A stretch of 56,043 bases of DNA, filler included, from Spirochaetales bacterium (GTDB taxonomy: Bacteria > Spirochaetota > Spirochaetia > Treponematales > UBA12059): the NCBI GenBank assembly GCA_016928955.1. It is 3 parts of 3 records of this genome, joined end to end, with 100 filler letters (N's around TTAATTAATTAA, not from the genome) between each part and the next. Parts side by side here need not be neighbours in the genome. Positions count along the whole stretch, not along the records: positions 15,147 to 36,735 come from JAFGJV010000042.1; 2 more parts are not named here. One strand, 5' to 3'. A model generated the notes under the pieces. The model did no database searches. It saw only the letters and a program-made list of their open reading frames with translations, and was not told the DNA's origin. Both the position numbers and the translations under genes were made by a program. How positions within the stretch are numbered: position 1 is the stretch's first letter; each line of letters starts with the position of its first letter. Shown piece by piece: positions 17,397 to 27,419 of this stretch.

Positions 17397-20300
17397 TACG
17401 CCTGACCGGCGCCAGGCTGGTTAACTGGCATTATTTCCGCGACTCGACGCTTCGCATCGGGAGCCGCACCCTGATATCGGGCGACAATGGCATGGGTAAA
17501 TCCACAATCGTGGACGCCATCCAGTACGCGCTGGCTGCCGATCTACGCAAGGCGCGTTTCAACCAGGCGGCCGGAGACAGGCGCGGCGGCCGCGACCTGT
17601 TGGGCTACGTGCGCTGCAAAATAGGCAGCGACAGCACCGAATACCTGCGCGGGGATACGGTGTCCCACGTGATGCTCAGGTTCGACGCGAACGGGCAAAG
17701 TTTTGCCGCCGCCGTCTGCGTGGAGGCGTATGCCGACGGGCGGGCAACAGAGCGCTTCTGGATCGGCCAGGGCGTCGATATCGACTCGGTCAATGTCCGT
17801 GACGACAAGGGTCGGAGCCTGAACTGGAGGCAATTCAGGGACAGGATGGAAGGGGCTCCGCTCGAGTTCTATGAGTCCAAGCGCGAGTATCTGCGCGGCC
17901 TTACCAACCGCCTTGGCGTGTTCAGGCGTATGTCCGAGTACAATCCCTACCTGGAGGCTTTCACCCGCTCGGTGAGCTTCACGCCCCTTGTGTCGGTGGA
18001 CCGGTTCGTGTGCGACTACATCCTGGAAGAGCGCACGCTGAACATCCAGACCATGAAGGACAACCTGGAAAGCTACAAGGAAGCCGAGCGGCACGCGAAC
18101 GCCACGGTCCGCAAGATCGACGCCCTACGGGGCATCCGGGGTCTGGCCGAGGATTACCGGAAGCTCCTTTTGAGCCTTATCCGGCAGGATTACCTGAAGC
18201 GCGTGGTTGACCGGATGATGGTGGGTGACAGATTAAAGAGGACCCTGAAACGGTCCGCGGAAACAGACAGCCGCCTGGGGCGGCTCGCGGCTGAGATAGA
18301 GCGTAACGGGGTGGAGCGCGGGCGGCTGGATGCGGCCTTGCGAGAGGTCGACATAGCCCTTGCTCGGGACGACAACCATAATCTGTACAGAAGCCTTGAG
18401 GACCGGATAGCATCGCTTGTGCGCGGACTCGCCGCGGCCCGGGCTAGGGCATCCAGGTGTGCGCTCCTTCGGGGCCAGTGCGCCGCGCTCCTGCCCGCAC
18501 GTGCGGCCGCGACTCCTGATGAGAGCGCCGAGGCTGCCATAGACCGCGATTTAGGGATCCTGGAAGACGGGCGCTCACAGGCGGAAGCTGAAGGCCATGA
18601 GGCCCAGCTGGCCCTGTCGGCCACGGACGGCGCCCTGCGCGAATGCGCAGCCGAGCTAGGCGACCTTGAGCGGGGCATACGGCGCTTTCCTGAAAATTCG
18701 CGCAGGCTACTGGACGAGCTCCGCGCCCAGGGGATAGAGGCTTGGATATTGGCCGAGCTGGCCGAGCTTATCAGCGACGACTGGTCCGACGCGGTGGAGG
18801 GCTGGCTCAACACGCTTCGCTTTGCCGTCATCGTGGCTCCTGATTCGTTCCAGAAGGCCCTGGAGCTGTACAACGCCATGCCCAGGTCCCTGGGCGGAGT
18901 GGCCCTGCCCAACGTGGCAAAATTGCGAGACCGCGCGGACAATGTCCGCAAGGGCTCGCTCGCGGAACATGTGGCGAGTGACAACCCGTGGGCGGCAACC
19001 TACCTGAAAGCAGTCCTTGGCAACGTGATGACAGCCGATATCGCTAGTCTGAAAACCTACGACAAGGCCATAACCAGGGAGTGCATGAGCTACTCCGGCC
19101 ACACGGCCGCCCGCATCAGGGAGGACGTGTACCGCGAACACTGGCTCGGGCGCGCTGGCAAGGAAAAACGGCTTGAGTTCCTGCGCGCGGAAGTGGAGCG
19201 GTTACGCTCTGAGCGGAACGGGCATGAGGCGCGCCAGCGCGAGGCAGCCCGGAGGGCAGGGCTCTATGCCCAAGGGGTGCGGTCGCTGTACGAAGCCAGG
19301 CCCCTAGCGGGCGCGGCCGAGGAGGCAGGCTTCCTTGAAGGCGAGCTTGCGTCCGCTCGTACTGAGTTGGCTGCCATAGACATATCCCAGTCCCGGGACC
19401 TTGAGGCCAAGCGGCAGGAACTGAGGCGCAGGCTGGATGACGCGGCCGAATCGCGCGACCGGCTGACCGCTGACCAGGCCAGGGCCCAAGGCGAGCGAGA
19501 ACGCATGGCGGAGGATGCTTTTCAGCTTCAGGGCCAGGAGGCTGAGAACGCACGGGAGTTCGAGCGTTTCCACCGAGACCACGAGGCGGAACTTGGCGAC
19601 TGTGAAAACTACGCGGCCGATAGGCTCAAGGCGGAAGGCCCGGAAAAAATAGCCGCCAACTGGGATGCCGCGCGAAAGGGCATAGAGACACGGGCGGAAA
19701 AGGTGCTGGCGCTATACAGGAAACGCGTCAACGAGTACGGCAACCAGTTCAACGCCATGGTATCCGTGGAGATGGAAGACTCAGGCGCGCTCCTGGAGAC
19801 GCTCGACCGCCTTGAAAAATCCGACCTGCCCGAATACCGCGACCGCATCATGCGCGCCCGGCAGGACGCGGAAAGGGAGTTCCGCGAGCATTTTATCGCA
19901 AAGCTCAACGAATATATCCTTGAGGCCCGTGAGAGCTTCCGTGAAATAAACGCCACGCTCAAAACCTTGTCGTTTGGCCATGACCAGTACAGCTTCTCCC
20001 TAGAGGAGCGGGCAGACAGGCGCGGACAGATACGCGTCGTGCAGAAGGCTGCGGAGATCTCGAGCTACGATGGCGGGCTCTTTGAGCAGATCGTGGACCC
20101 GGACGAACGGCGGGAAACGGAGAAGCTGTTCGCAAGCATCGTGAACGCTGACCTTGACTCCGCGGAACTGCGCAGTATCTGCGACTACCGCACCTATTTT
20201 TCCTACGACATACGCATACGCGACACCCAGTCCATAGATCCGGCCACAGGCAAGGCCGTGGAGCTGTCCCTCTCGCGCGTGCTGCGGGAGAAATCCGGCG

Positions 20301-20602
20301 GCGAGTCGCAGACGCCCTATTACGTTGCCATAGCGGCCAGCTTTTACCGTTTCTTCAAGGACAAGCCAGGCGACACTGTACGCTTCGTGCTGTTCGACGA
20401 GGCGTTTGACAAGCTAGACGACGAGCGTATCCGCAAGGTGATGAATTTCTACCACCAGATGGGCATACAGCTCATGGTCGCTGTGCCTCCCGGCAAGATA
20501 GAGGCCATAGCGCCGCTGGCTGACCAGATCAGCATCGTGAGCCGGGTAGGGCAGGACGCCCGCGTCCGGGACTTCCGGTCCGAAGAAAAGGATCGGCCAT
20601 GA
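17393..20602 (+). CDS. jetC: Wadjet SMC ATPase JetC
   Basis: LVNWHYF, Walker A GDNGMGKST, FNQAA, long coiled coils around a hinge, signature KSGGESQ, Walker B LFDEAFDKLD. Confidence 0.92.
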   Translation: MIRLTGARLVNWHYFRDSTLRIGSRTLISGDNGMGKSTIVDAIQYALAADLRKARFNQAAGDRRGGRDLLGYVRCKIGSDSTEYLRGDTVSHVMLRFDANGQSFAAAVCVEAYADGRATERFWIGQGVDIDSVNVRDDKGRSLNWRQFRDRMEGAPLEFYESKREYLRGLTNRLGVFRRMSEYNPYLEAFTRSVSFTPLVSVDRFVCDYILEERTLNIQTMKDNLESYKEAERHANATVRKIDALRGIRGLAEDYRKLLLSLIRQDYLKRVVDRMMVGDRLKRTLKRSAETDSRLGRLAAEIERNGVERGRLDAALREVDIALARDDNHNLYRSLEDRIASLVRGLAAARARASRCALLRGQCAALLPARAAATPDESAEAAIDRDLGILEDGRSQAEAEGHEAQLALSATDGALRECAAELGDLERGIRRFPENSRRLLDELRAQGIEAWILAELAELISDDWSDAVEGWLNTLRFAVIVAPDSFQKALELYNAMPRSLGGVALPNVAKLRDRADNVRKGSLAEHVASDNPWAATYLKAVLGNVMTADIASLKTYDKAITRECMSYSGHTAARIREDVYREHWLGRAGKEKRLEFLRAEVERLRSERNGHEARQREAARRAGLYAQGVRSLYEARPLAGAAEEAGFLEGELASARTELAAIDISQSRDLEAKRQELRRRLDDAAESRDRLTADQARAQGERERMAEDAFQLQGQEAENAREFERFHRDHEAELGDCENYAADRLKAEGPEKIAANWDAARKGIETRAEKVLALYRKRVNEYGNQFNAMVSVEMEDSGALLETLDRLEKSDLPEYRDRIMRARQDAEREFREHFIAKLNEYILEARESFREINATLKTLSFGHDQYSFSLEERADRRGQIRVVQKAAEISSYDGGLFEQIVDPDERRETEKLFASIVNADLDSAELRSICDYRTYFSYDIRIRDTQSIDPATGKAVELSLSRVLREKSGGESQTPYYVAIAASFYRFFKDKPGDTVRFVLFDEAFDKLDDERIRKVMNFYHQMGIQLMVAVPPGKIEAIAPLADQISIVSRVGQDARVRDFRSEEKDRP

Positions 20603-21855
20603 CGGACGCGGCCCGGGGCATATGCCGCGAGTTGGCACGACGCTATCCGTCTTCAGCGGCAGCCAGGGGCGGCACTCCCCTAAGGCTGAGCGTGGACAGG
20701 GCTTTTCCGTCGCTTGCCTCCTCGCCACCGGACGCGAGGGAGTCCTTTCTGGACGCCGCCGAGTTTCTGGAGGCGCGGGGGCTTGTGTCCCTGTCCTGGA
20801 AGCGTTTCCGGCAGGGAGACGAATTGTCGGGCATTACATTGCGGGATCCGCCCGCTTTGTTTGCCCTCCTGGAACAGGCCTTTCCCCCGGATGAGATGGA
20901 GCAGGCCCGCGCGGCGGCCCTCGATGCGGCCCGCAGGCTGGAGCGTCGCCCAGAGCATGAAGGTTCCCGGTCGTACCTGCTGTGGCTGGCCGACAACTTG
21001 CGACCCACTGACACGGTCGCCGAGGGGAGGGACGGAGCAGTAGCACAAGCCCTGTCGCCTATGGTCGCGGATTTCGGACGACTCCTTGGAGCACTTCCGG
21101 CCGTAACCAGAAATGGCGCGCTGTGCGGCACAACCCTGCGCGCCCTGTCCATAGAACTATTCTCGGATTCCAAGCGCATAGAGGCTCTGGTGCGCGACAT
21201 TACTCCCCTCTTAGGTCGGGCCAGGCGGGCCGGGGTGGCCGTTCCTGATCTGTCAGCCCTGGATAGGACCTACCCGGAGACGCTTGTGTCGGGGCCGCTT
21301 GACCTGATACTGGATGGGGGCGGGCGGATACGTAACCCCTCCGGCGAGACGCTCGGCATTCCCCTGGCCACGGCCAGCCGCGTCCAGCGCGTTGAGTCGC
21401 CAAGCGCGATCGGGGAGGGCCGGCGGGCGCGCCTCCTATCGGTGGAAAACCTGGAAACCTTTTATGCCCTGGCCTCAAGGCAGGATCCTTCGCTGTCGGA
21501 CGCCATCATGTACTGTGGCGGGCACCCGAACCGGGCGGTGCGGTTTCTGCTGGCCGCTTGTGCCCGCTCCGGCTTTTCCCTGGCCCACGCCGGAGACCTG
21601 GACCCCGACGGCATCCTCATACTGCAGGAGCTGTCGGACTGCGCCGGCGCGCGCGTCGGGCCGCTCAGGATGGACGCGGCCACGTTCGACGCTCACGTGG
21701 GCCACGCCCGAAGCCTGGATGGTCCGGCCCTGAAACGAGCCAGCGCCATACGCGCCGACACGCGGGCCCTTCCCGGCATCGCGGGCCTCCTTAACCGGAT
21801 TCTTTCCACAGGCAAGGGCGTTGAGCAGGAAATCATCTCGTATTGGGGACCATAG
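20599..21855 (+). CDS. jetD: Wadjet Toprim nuclease JetD (DUF2220-like)
   Basis: SDSKRIE, LSVENLETF (catalytic E), HAGDLDPDGILI (DxD), C-terminal GVEQE. Confidence 0.88.
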   Translation: MTDAARGICRELARRYPSSAAARGGTPLRLSVDRAFPSLASSPPDARESFLDAAEFLEARGLVSLSWKRFRQGDELSGITLRDPPALFALLEQAFPPDEMEQARAAALDAARRLERRPEHEGSRSYLLWLADNLRPTDTVAEGRDGAVAQALSPMVADFGRLLGALPAVTRNGALCGTTLRALSIELFSDSKRIEALVRDITPLLGRARRAGVAVPDLSALDRTYPETLVSGPLDLILDGGGRIRNPSGETLGIPLATASRVQRVESPSAIGEGRRARLLSVENLETFYALASRQDPSLSDAIMYCGGHPNRAVRFLLAACARSGFSLAHAGDLDPDGILILQELSDCAGARVGPLRMDAATFDAHVGHARSLDGPALKRASAIRADTRALPGIAGLLNRILSTGKGVEQEIISYWGP

Positions 21856-21863
21856 CCCCGGCC

Positions 21864-21892
21864 TTGCGGGCTGGTGGGAAAAATGCTATTCT
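21864..21892 (+). promoter_or_regulatory. Sigma70-type promoter for the cheW operon
   Basis: TTGCGG-N17-TATTCT with an extended TG. Confidence 0.5.
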
Positions 21893-21927
21893 TTTCCGCA
21901 GTGCTACAACGAGAGCCGGAGGTGGAC

Positions 21928-22407
21928 ATGGCGGACAGGGACGCGTTGATGCAGCTCGTTACCTTCCAGCTTGGGGAAGAGCTTTACGGGATGGATATCA
22001 TGGACGTGAAGGAAATCGTGCCGTCCATGGAAATACGCACCATCCCCAACGCGCCGTCCTACGTGGAAGGACTCTATAACCTGCGCGGGGAGATCATTCC
22101 CATCATCAACCTGCACAAGCGTTTCCACCTCAAAAAACCGGCGTCCATGGAAGACGACGCGCTCCTGTCCGGCTTCATTATCATCGATCTTGGCGGCATG
22201 AAGCTCGGCGTCATCATCGACCGCGTGGACAGGGTCGTTTCCGTGGAATACTCGGCGGTCCAGCCTCCGCCCCAGATGCTCACGGGCATAGGCGCGGAAT
22301 ATATCAGCGGGGTGATCAACCAGGGCACGGGCTATCTGATCATCCTGGACATCAGGAAGCTGTTCAACGCCAAGGAACTCCAGAAGATAGACGAAATCAG
22401 GAAGTAG
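21928..22407 (+). CDS. cheW: Chemotaxis coupling protein CheW
   Basis: QLVTFQLGEELYGMDI, IPNAPSYVEGLYNLRGEIIPIINL; GGAGG SD. Confidence 0.95.
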   Translation: MADRDALMQLVTFQLGEELYGMDIMDVKEIVPSMEIRTIPNAPSYVEGLYNLRGEIIPIINLHKRFHLKKPASMEDDALLSGFIIIDLGGMKLGVIIDRVDRVVSVEYSAVQPPPQMLTGIGAEYISGVINQGTGYLIILDIRKLFNAKELQKIDEIRK

Positions 22408-22418
22408 GCTCCCTCAGC

Positions 22419-23444
22419 ATGGAAATACCCGCACTCAGCTCGTACATCAGACGGAAGGACATGGACTCCGTCCTCAATTGCATGGTCAGCGACAAATTGG
22501 CTCCGGGCGACTATGTCGAGAAGCTCCAGAAGCTCATCCGCGAGCGCCTGGACTGGGATTTTTCCCTGCCGCTGCGCAGTCCCGTCGTCGCCCTCGGCGT
22601 GGCCATGGACGTGCTCGGCCTCAGAACTGGCGACGCCGTGGGCGTGCCGGCCCTGGCTCCGGTTTGGGTGGCCCGGGCCCTGGAGCTCCGCGGTTTGTCT
22701 CCGGTGTGGCTGGACGCTGACCCAGACAGCGCGTCGCTGTCCGCGGATTTCAGGGACAGGCTTGCCGCCGGCGGGGCCAAGGCGTTGTTTCTGGCCCAGC
22801 CCTGGGGCTTGATGGCAGACCCGGCCGCCCTGCGGGATCTGGGCATACCCGTTGTGGAAGACGTGTCCACGGCCCTGGGTGCCAGCGCGGGCGACGTCAA
22901 GGCCGGCCAGCTGGGAACCTTTGCCCTCTTGGGCATGGAACACGCGTCGTCCCTGACCGCAGGGGGGGGAGCCATCTTGGCCGCCCCCGGCCGAAGGGAA
23001 GCCCAGGCGCTCAGGAACGCCTCCCAGGCGCTTGCGCCTGAGGAACTGATGCCGGATATGAACGCGGCCCTTGCCTGGTCCCAGCTCAGGGATAACGAAC
23101 GTTTTCTGTCCCGGCGGAGGGAGCTGGCCGAACTGTACGCCCAGGCCCTGGCGCGGGCGCACCGCAAGGCCCTGGCGCAAGCGCCGGAAGGGGAAAGCGC
23201 GTATTATGGCTGCGTCGTCGTCCTGGACTCCGGGGTCAAGGATGTCCGCGCGTACGCGCGCAAAAAGGACGTGGGCACGGCCATGGCTTTTGAAAACAGC
23301 TGCGTGGCGGCGGGACGGGTGCCCGAGGGGCAGTGCCCCAAGGCCGCGTCCCTGGCGAACAGGGCCGTGGCGTTCCCGCTTCACCCGCGCATCGGATCCC
23401 AGGCCGCGCAGAAGGTGTCCAAGGTCCTGGCGACCCTTCCGTAA
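22419..23444 (+). CDS. DegT/DnrJ/EryC1/StrS aminotransferase-fold protein (catalytic Lys absent)
   Basis: GDAVGVPAL, PVWLDADP, PVVEDVSTALGA, LTAGGGAIL, AFPLHP. Confidence 0.8.
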   Translation: MEIPALSSYIRRKDMDSVLNCMVSDKLAPGDYVEKLQKLIRERLDWDFSLPLRSPVVALGVAMDVLGLRTGDAVGVPALAPVWVARALELRGLSPVWLDADPDSASLSADFRDRLAAGGAKALFLAQPWGLMADPAALRDLGIPVVEDVSTALGASAGDVKAGQLGTFALLGMEHASSLTAGGGAILAAPGRREAQALRNASQALAPEELMPDMNAALAWSQLRDNERFLSRRRELAELYAQALARAHRKALAQAPEGESAYYGCVVVLDSGVKDVRAYARKKDVGTAMAFENSCVAAGRVPEGQCPKAASLANRAVAFPLHPRIGSQAAQKVSKVLATLP

Positions 23445-23543
23445 CGGCCGCCGGGCATACCGCGCGCCGGATATCTGAACGGAACGACAGCGGGGCCGTG
23501 CCCGCGTGCGGGGACGACTACCCAGCTCTAGTGGAGGTGCGCC

Positions 23544-24401
23544 GTGATCGAAGGGTCTGGCCGCGTATACATACTGGCGAACACCCTGAAAGACGGCGCC
23601 GCCCGGCTGGCCGAGGACGTGGCGCGCGCCGCCTCGGACCTTGGTCGAGAAGCATACATACACGCCTATGACGGCCGTCCCTCCGCCCACCCCGACCCCG
23701 CGGGCAGTTCCGTGCTGGTCAGCCTTGGCGGCGACGGGACGGTGCTGTACGCGGCCCGGCTGGCCGCCCCCGCCGGCGTGCCCGTTTTGCCGATCAACGT
23801 GGGCAGCCTCGGCTTTATTGCCTGGATACGCAAGCCGGAATGGCGCCAGCGCCTCGCGGAAGCGCTGACCGGCGGCCTGCCGCTGTCCGAGCGCACCATG
23901 CTGGACATAGAGGCCGTGCGGGACGGGGAGGTCATCGGCCGCTATACGGCCATGAACGACGGCGTGGTGTCGGGAGCGGGTCCTGCCCGCCTGGTCAACA
24001 TCAGCGTCACCATGTCCGGCGCGTCCCTGGGCACCTACCGGGCAGACGGCGTCATCATCGCCACTCCCACCGGGTCCACCGCGTATTCGCTGGCCGCCGG
24101 CGGCCCTGTGCTGGATCCGGACATGGACGCCATGCTCTTTAACCCGATTTGCCCATTCGCGCTGTCCAACCGGCCGCTCGTGGTCACGGGCAACGAGACG
24201 GTGGAGCTGTACGTCGAGCGCGACCAGCGGGAAAAGATACTCCTCACGGTGGACGGGCAGGATTTTCTGTCCCTGAACGAGGAGGATCGGGTATACTTCA
24301 GGCGTTCGGCCCACAAGGCCCGCTTGTACTGCTCGGGCAGGGGCGGCTTTTACAATGTGCTGAAGGCCAAGCTGAACTGGTCCGGGGGGCCCGATGCTTG
24401 A
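23544..24401 (+). CDS. nadK: NAD kinase
   Basis: SLGGDGTVL, INVGSLGF, AMND, ADGVIIATPTGSTAYSLAAGGP. Confidence 0.95.
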   Translation: MIEGSGRVYILANTLKDGAARLAEDVARAASDLGREAYIHAYDGRPSAHPDPAGSSVLVSLGGDGTVLYAARLAAPAGVPVLPINVGSLGFIAWIRKPEWRQRLAEALTGGLPLSERTMLDIEAVRDGEVIGRYTAMNDGVVSGAGPARLVNISVTMSGASLGTYRADGVIIATPTGSTAYSLAAGGPVLDPDMDAMLFNPICPFALSNRPLVVTGNETVELYVERDQREKILLTVDGQDFLSLNEEDRVYFRRSAHKARLYCSGRGGFYNVLKAKLNWSGGPDA

Positions 24402-26091
24402 GGAACTGACCGTCCGGGATTTCGCTCTCATAGACCGTCTGTCCGTACGCTTTGACCGCGGGCTCAACCTCCTGACCGGAGAGACGGGCGCCGGCAAATC
24501 CATACTGATAGGAGCCCTGGGTTTCCTGCTCGGGGCCAAGGCCGACACGGGCATCATACGCACCGGGGCCGACGAAACCCTGGTTACCGGAACCGTGGAC
24601 GTGTCCGGCAACGCCGACGCGCTGGCCTGGCTCGCCGACCACGGCATAGAGCCGGAGGACGGCACCGTCATCGTCAGGCGTTCCCTACGGAGCAATGGCC
24701 GAGGTTCGGTGTACCTGCAGAACATCCCCGTTGTCCGCCAGGACCTGGCCGATTTCACGGCCCTCATCATCGAGATGCACGGCCAGCGGGACAGCCAGGC
24801 CCTGCTCAAGAAAGACAAGCACCGCCAGATACTGGACCGCTACGCCGGCATAGAGGACGACGTGGCCGCCTACGGCCGCCTGTACGCGGACCTGGGCGCC
24901 AAGCGCCGGCTCTTGGAATCCATGGCGGCCAGCGAGGCCGAGCGCTCGCGCGAGGTCGAGCTCCTGCGCTACGCGGTAGACGAGATAGACGCCCTGAAGC
25001 CGGTGGCCGGCGAGGAAGAGGAGCTGGCCGACGAGGAGCGTCGTCTGTCGCAGCACGAGAAGCTGTACGGGGCCGTGGCCGCCGCGCGGGAACTCTTGTC
25101 CGACGCGGACGGCGCCCTGGGCCGCATCCGCAAGGCCAGGGCTCAGCTTGAGGCCGCCCAGGGCATAGACCCGCGCCTGTCCGACGCCGCGCGGCGCTCC
25201 GACGACGCGTACTACGAGCTGGAAGACGTGGCCTCGTCGCTTGCTGGCTACGCGGACGGCCTGCGCTACGACTCCGGCCGCCTGGAGGACATCGAGGCGA
25301 GACTGTCCGCCCTGCAGCGGCTCAAGCGCAAGTACGCCGCGGGTTCGGCGGCAGAGTTGCTTGCGTACCGCCAAGACTCGGCCGACCGGCTGGCCAGCCT
25401 GGAAAACTGGGCTGAGGACCGGGCTGGGCTTGAGGCTGAGGCAGCGGCGCTGGAAGCCCGGGTGTACGAGCGGGCGGAAGCCCTTTCCAAGGCCAGGGCG
25501 GAGGCGGGCGGCCGGCTTGAGAGCGCCGCGGCGTCCATACTGGCCACGCTGGGCATGCCGAGCGCGCGCTTTGCCGTCAGGCTGGAAAAAAAGCCGCTGA
25601 CCGACGGCAAGGTGGTGGTGGGTCCCTACGGCGCGGACGAACCCGAGTTCTACGTGTCAGCCAACCGCGGCGAGCCCCTGCGTCCCCTGGCCCAGGTCGC
25701 GTCCGGCGGCGAGTTGTCGCGGGTCATGCTGGCTATCAAGACGGTGCTGGCCAGCGCGGACGGCGTCCCCACCATGGTGTTCGACGAGATAGACACCGGC
25801 ATAGGCGGGGAGGTCGCCCTGGGCGTCGGCAAGCACCTGGCCGCCCTGGCGGACAGCAAACAGGTATTTTGCATCACGCATCTAGCGTCCATAGCCGCGC
25901 GCGCCGATAATCATTACAAGGTGGAAAAGGTGGTGGAAGGTGAGCGCACGGTGACCAGGGTGTCGCGCCTTGACGGCGACTCAAGGACGCGGGAGGTGGC
26001 ACGGATGCTGTCCGGCCACGCGGACGCGAAGATTTCGCTGGCGCACGCGGCCGACCTTCTTGCCACGTATGGCTCGGGCCGGGGACGGTAA
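24394..26091 (+). CDS. recN: DNA repair protein RecN
   Basis: LTGETGAGKS, EMHGQ, VASGGELSRVMLAIK, FDEIDTGIGG, QVFCITHL. Confidence 0.97.
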   Translation: MLEELTVRDFALIDRLSVRFDRGLNLLTGETGAGKSILIGALGFLLGAKADTGIIRTGADETLVTGTVDVSGNADALAWLADHGIEPEDGTVIVRRSLRSNGRGSVYLQNIPVVRQDLADFTALIIEMHGQRDSQALLKKDKHRQILDRYAGIEDDVAAYGRLYADLGAKRRLLESMAASEAERSREVELLRYAVDEIDALKPVAGEEEELADEERRLSQHEKLYGAVAAARELLSDADGALGRIRKARAQLEAAQGIDPRLSDAARRSDDAYYELEDVASSLAGYADGLRYDSGRLEDIEARLSALQRLKRKYAAGSAAELLAYRQDSADRLASLENWAEDRAGLEAEAAALEARVYERAEALSKARAEAGGRLESAAASILATLGMPSARFAVRLEKKPLTDGKVVVGPYGADEPEFYVSANRGEPLRPLAQVASGGELSRVMLAIKTVLASADGVPTMVFDEIDTGIGGEVALGVGKHLAALADSKQVFCITHLASIAARADNHYKVEKVVEGERTVTRVSRLDGDSRTREVARMLSGHADAKISLAHAADLLATYGSGRGR

Positions 26092-26906
26092 TGGCTAAAA
26101 TCACGCTGGAGCAAAGGAACAGGTACGCGGCCAAGGTCAAAGAATACAAGGCCGTAATCGACGCCGTAAACGCCAAGGAGCAGAACCTCCTGAACCTCCT
26201 CAAGCAACCGGGCGGCCAGGGCGCGGGCTACGTCCGCCTCAAGCTGGTTGAAGAGGTTCTGTCGCTCGCGTCGTACCACATCCTGATCAACACCCTGTCC
26301 GTGTCGCTCCTGGGCATCAAAAACGAAGACTCCCTGTCCGACGCGCGCAAGGCCATTGTGCGGGGCGTCAAATACCTGGAAGACATCGTCACGGGCTTTG
26401 TGGACACCCCCTTCTCGGACTACGAGGCGAACCTTCAGGAAATAGCGGAGCTGTCCCTGGACGACCGCTACCTCCTCATACGCAAGATCGGTTTTGCCAT
26501 CCGCGAGATAGAAGACGGGTACGGCAGCAACTCGAAGTGGAAATGGTCCTTTGCCGAGACCTGGGGCAAGTTCGCGGTGGTGGCCAAGAACATGATCGAC
26601 CTCAAGCGCGCGTATCAGGACCTGGACCTGGATAGCCCCAACCGCATGGTGACCATGTCCTACCTGGGCACGGTCAAGCGGCTGTTCCAGTCTGTGGCCG
26701 ACCGCTACCGCGAGAAATACGAAGTGTTCTCCAGCAAGATGGAAGACTTCAAGCAGGCCATTTTGTTCCTCACGGCCCTGCGCCGCATCCACACGGTGTT
26801 CGGCGATCGGACGGAAGCGGACGAACTCAAGAAGAAGATCGAGATCTGGTCGGCCAAGCTCGAGGCCGACCAGAAGCGGCGGGAAGAAGAAGAGAAAAAG
26901 CGCTGA
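26091..26906 (+). CDS. Conserved hypothetical helical protein
   Basis: 271-aa ORF with typical codon usage, overlapping the recN stop. Confidence 0.8.
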   Translation: MAKITLEQRNRYAAKVKEYKAVIDAVNAKEQNLLNLLKQPGGQGAGYVRLKLVEEVLSLASYHILINTLSVSLLGIKNEDSLSDARKAIVRGVKYLEDIVTGFVDTPFSDYEANLQEIAELSLDDRYLLIRKIGFAIREIEDGYGSNSKWKWSFAETWGKFAVVAKNMIDLKRAYQDLDLDSPNRMVTMSYLGTVKRLFQSVADRYREKYEVFSSKMEDFKQAILFLTALRRIHTVFGDRTEADELKKKIEIWSAKLEADQKRREEEEKKR

Positions 26907-26918
26907 GACCGGCGACCA

Positions 26919-27320
26919 TCAACGCTCGGCCAGTTCGTGGAGCGCGTCGTGGGGGAAGAGCTCGCCCATTGTGGTGTGCACCACGGTGCCGTCGGAGCCT
27001 CCAAAGCTGATCGGGAAATCCTTGCCAACGAATTCGCTGATGAACTGCCTGCATGCGCCGCAGGGACTGACCGGGTAGGCCGCGTCCGGCGTGGATACCG
27101 CCAGGGCCCTGAACGAGCGTTTGCCCTGGGCTATGGCGGACACGATCGCCGAGCGCTCGGCGCATATGGCCAGGCCGTAGGAACGGTTTTCCACGTTGGC
27201 TCCCGTTACCACGGATCCGTCTTCGCACAGGAGGGCGGCTCCCACGCGGAATTTCGAATAGGGCGAGTATGACTGGTTAGCCGCCTCGGTGGCGAGTTTG
27301 AATATTTCTCGGTCTTCCAT
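26919..27320 (-). CDS. cdd: Cytidine deaminase
   Basis: YSPYSKFRVGAAL, GANVENRSYGLAICAERSA, SPCGACRQ. Confidence 0.96.
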   Translation of the reverse strand: MEDREIFKLATEAANQSYSPYSKFRVGAALLCEDGSVVTGANVENRSYGLAICAERSAIVSAIAQGKRSFRALAVSTPDAAYPVSPCGACRQFISEFVGKDFPISFGGSDGTVVHTTMGELFPHDALHELAER

Positions 27321-27419
27321 GCTAGAAAATCCTCTTTGTATTGACGGAATGGGACGATACTATATACCATTCCCAGAAGAATGGAAAGGAGCCACTTGGG
27401 CTCTTGTGGGGGGAGCGCG

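Noticed and set aside
14222..21855. Functional linkage of the InlB-repeat lipoprotein with Wadjet
   Set aside because: They are separated by an artificial contig join, so adjacency is unsupported.
22332..24818. Long antisense ORFs (also 3999-5588, 46540-48159, 49720-51576, 34919-36277, 40348-41844)
   Set aside because: These are shadow frames opposite well-supported genes, expected in high-GC DNA, and show no recognisable motifs.
24394..26091. RecN as part of the Wadjet/SMC system
   Set aside because: It is a canonical housekeeping recN in the standard nadK-recN arrangement under a separate promoter.
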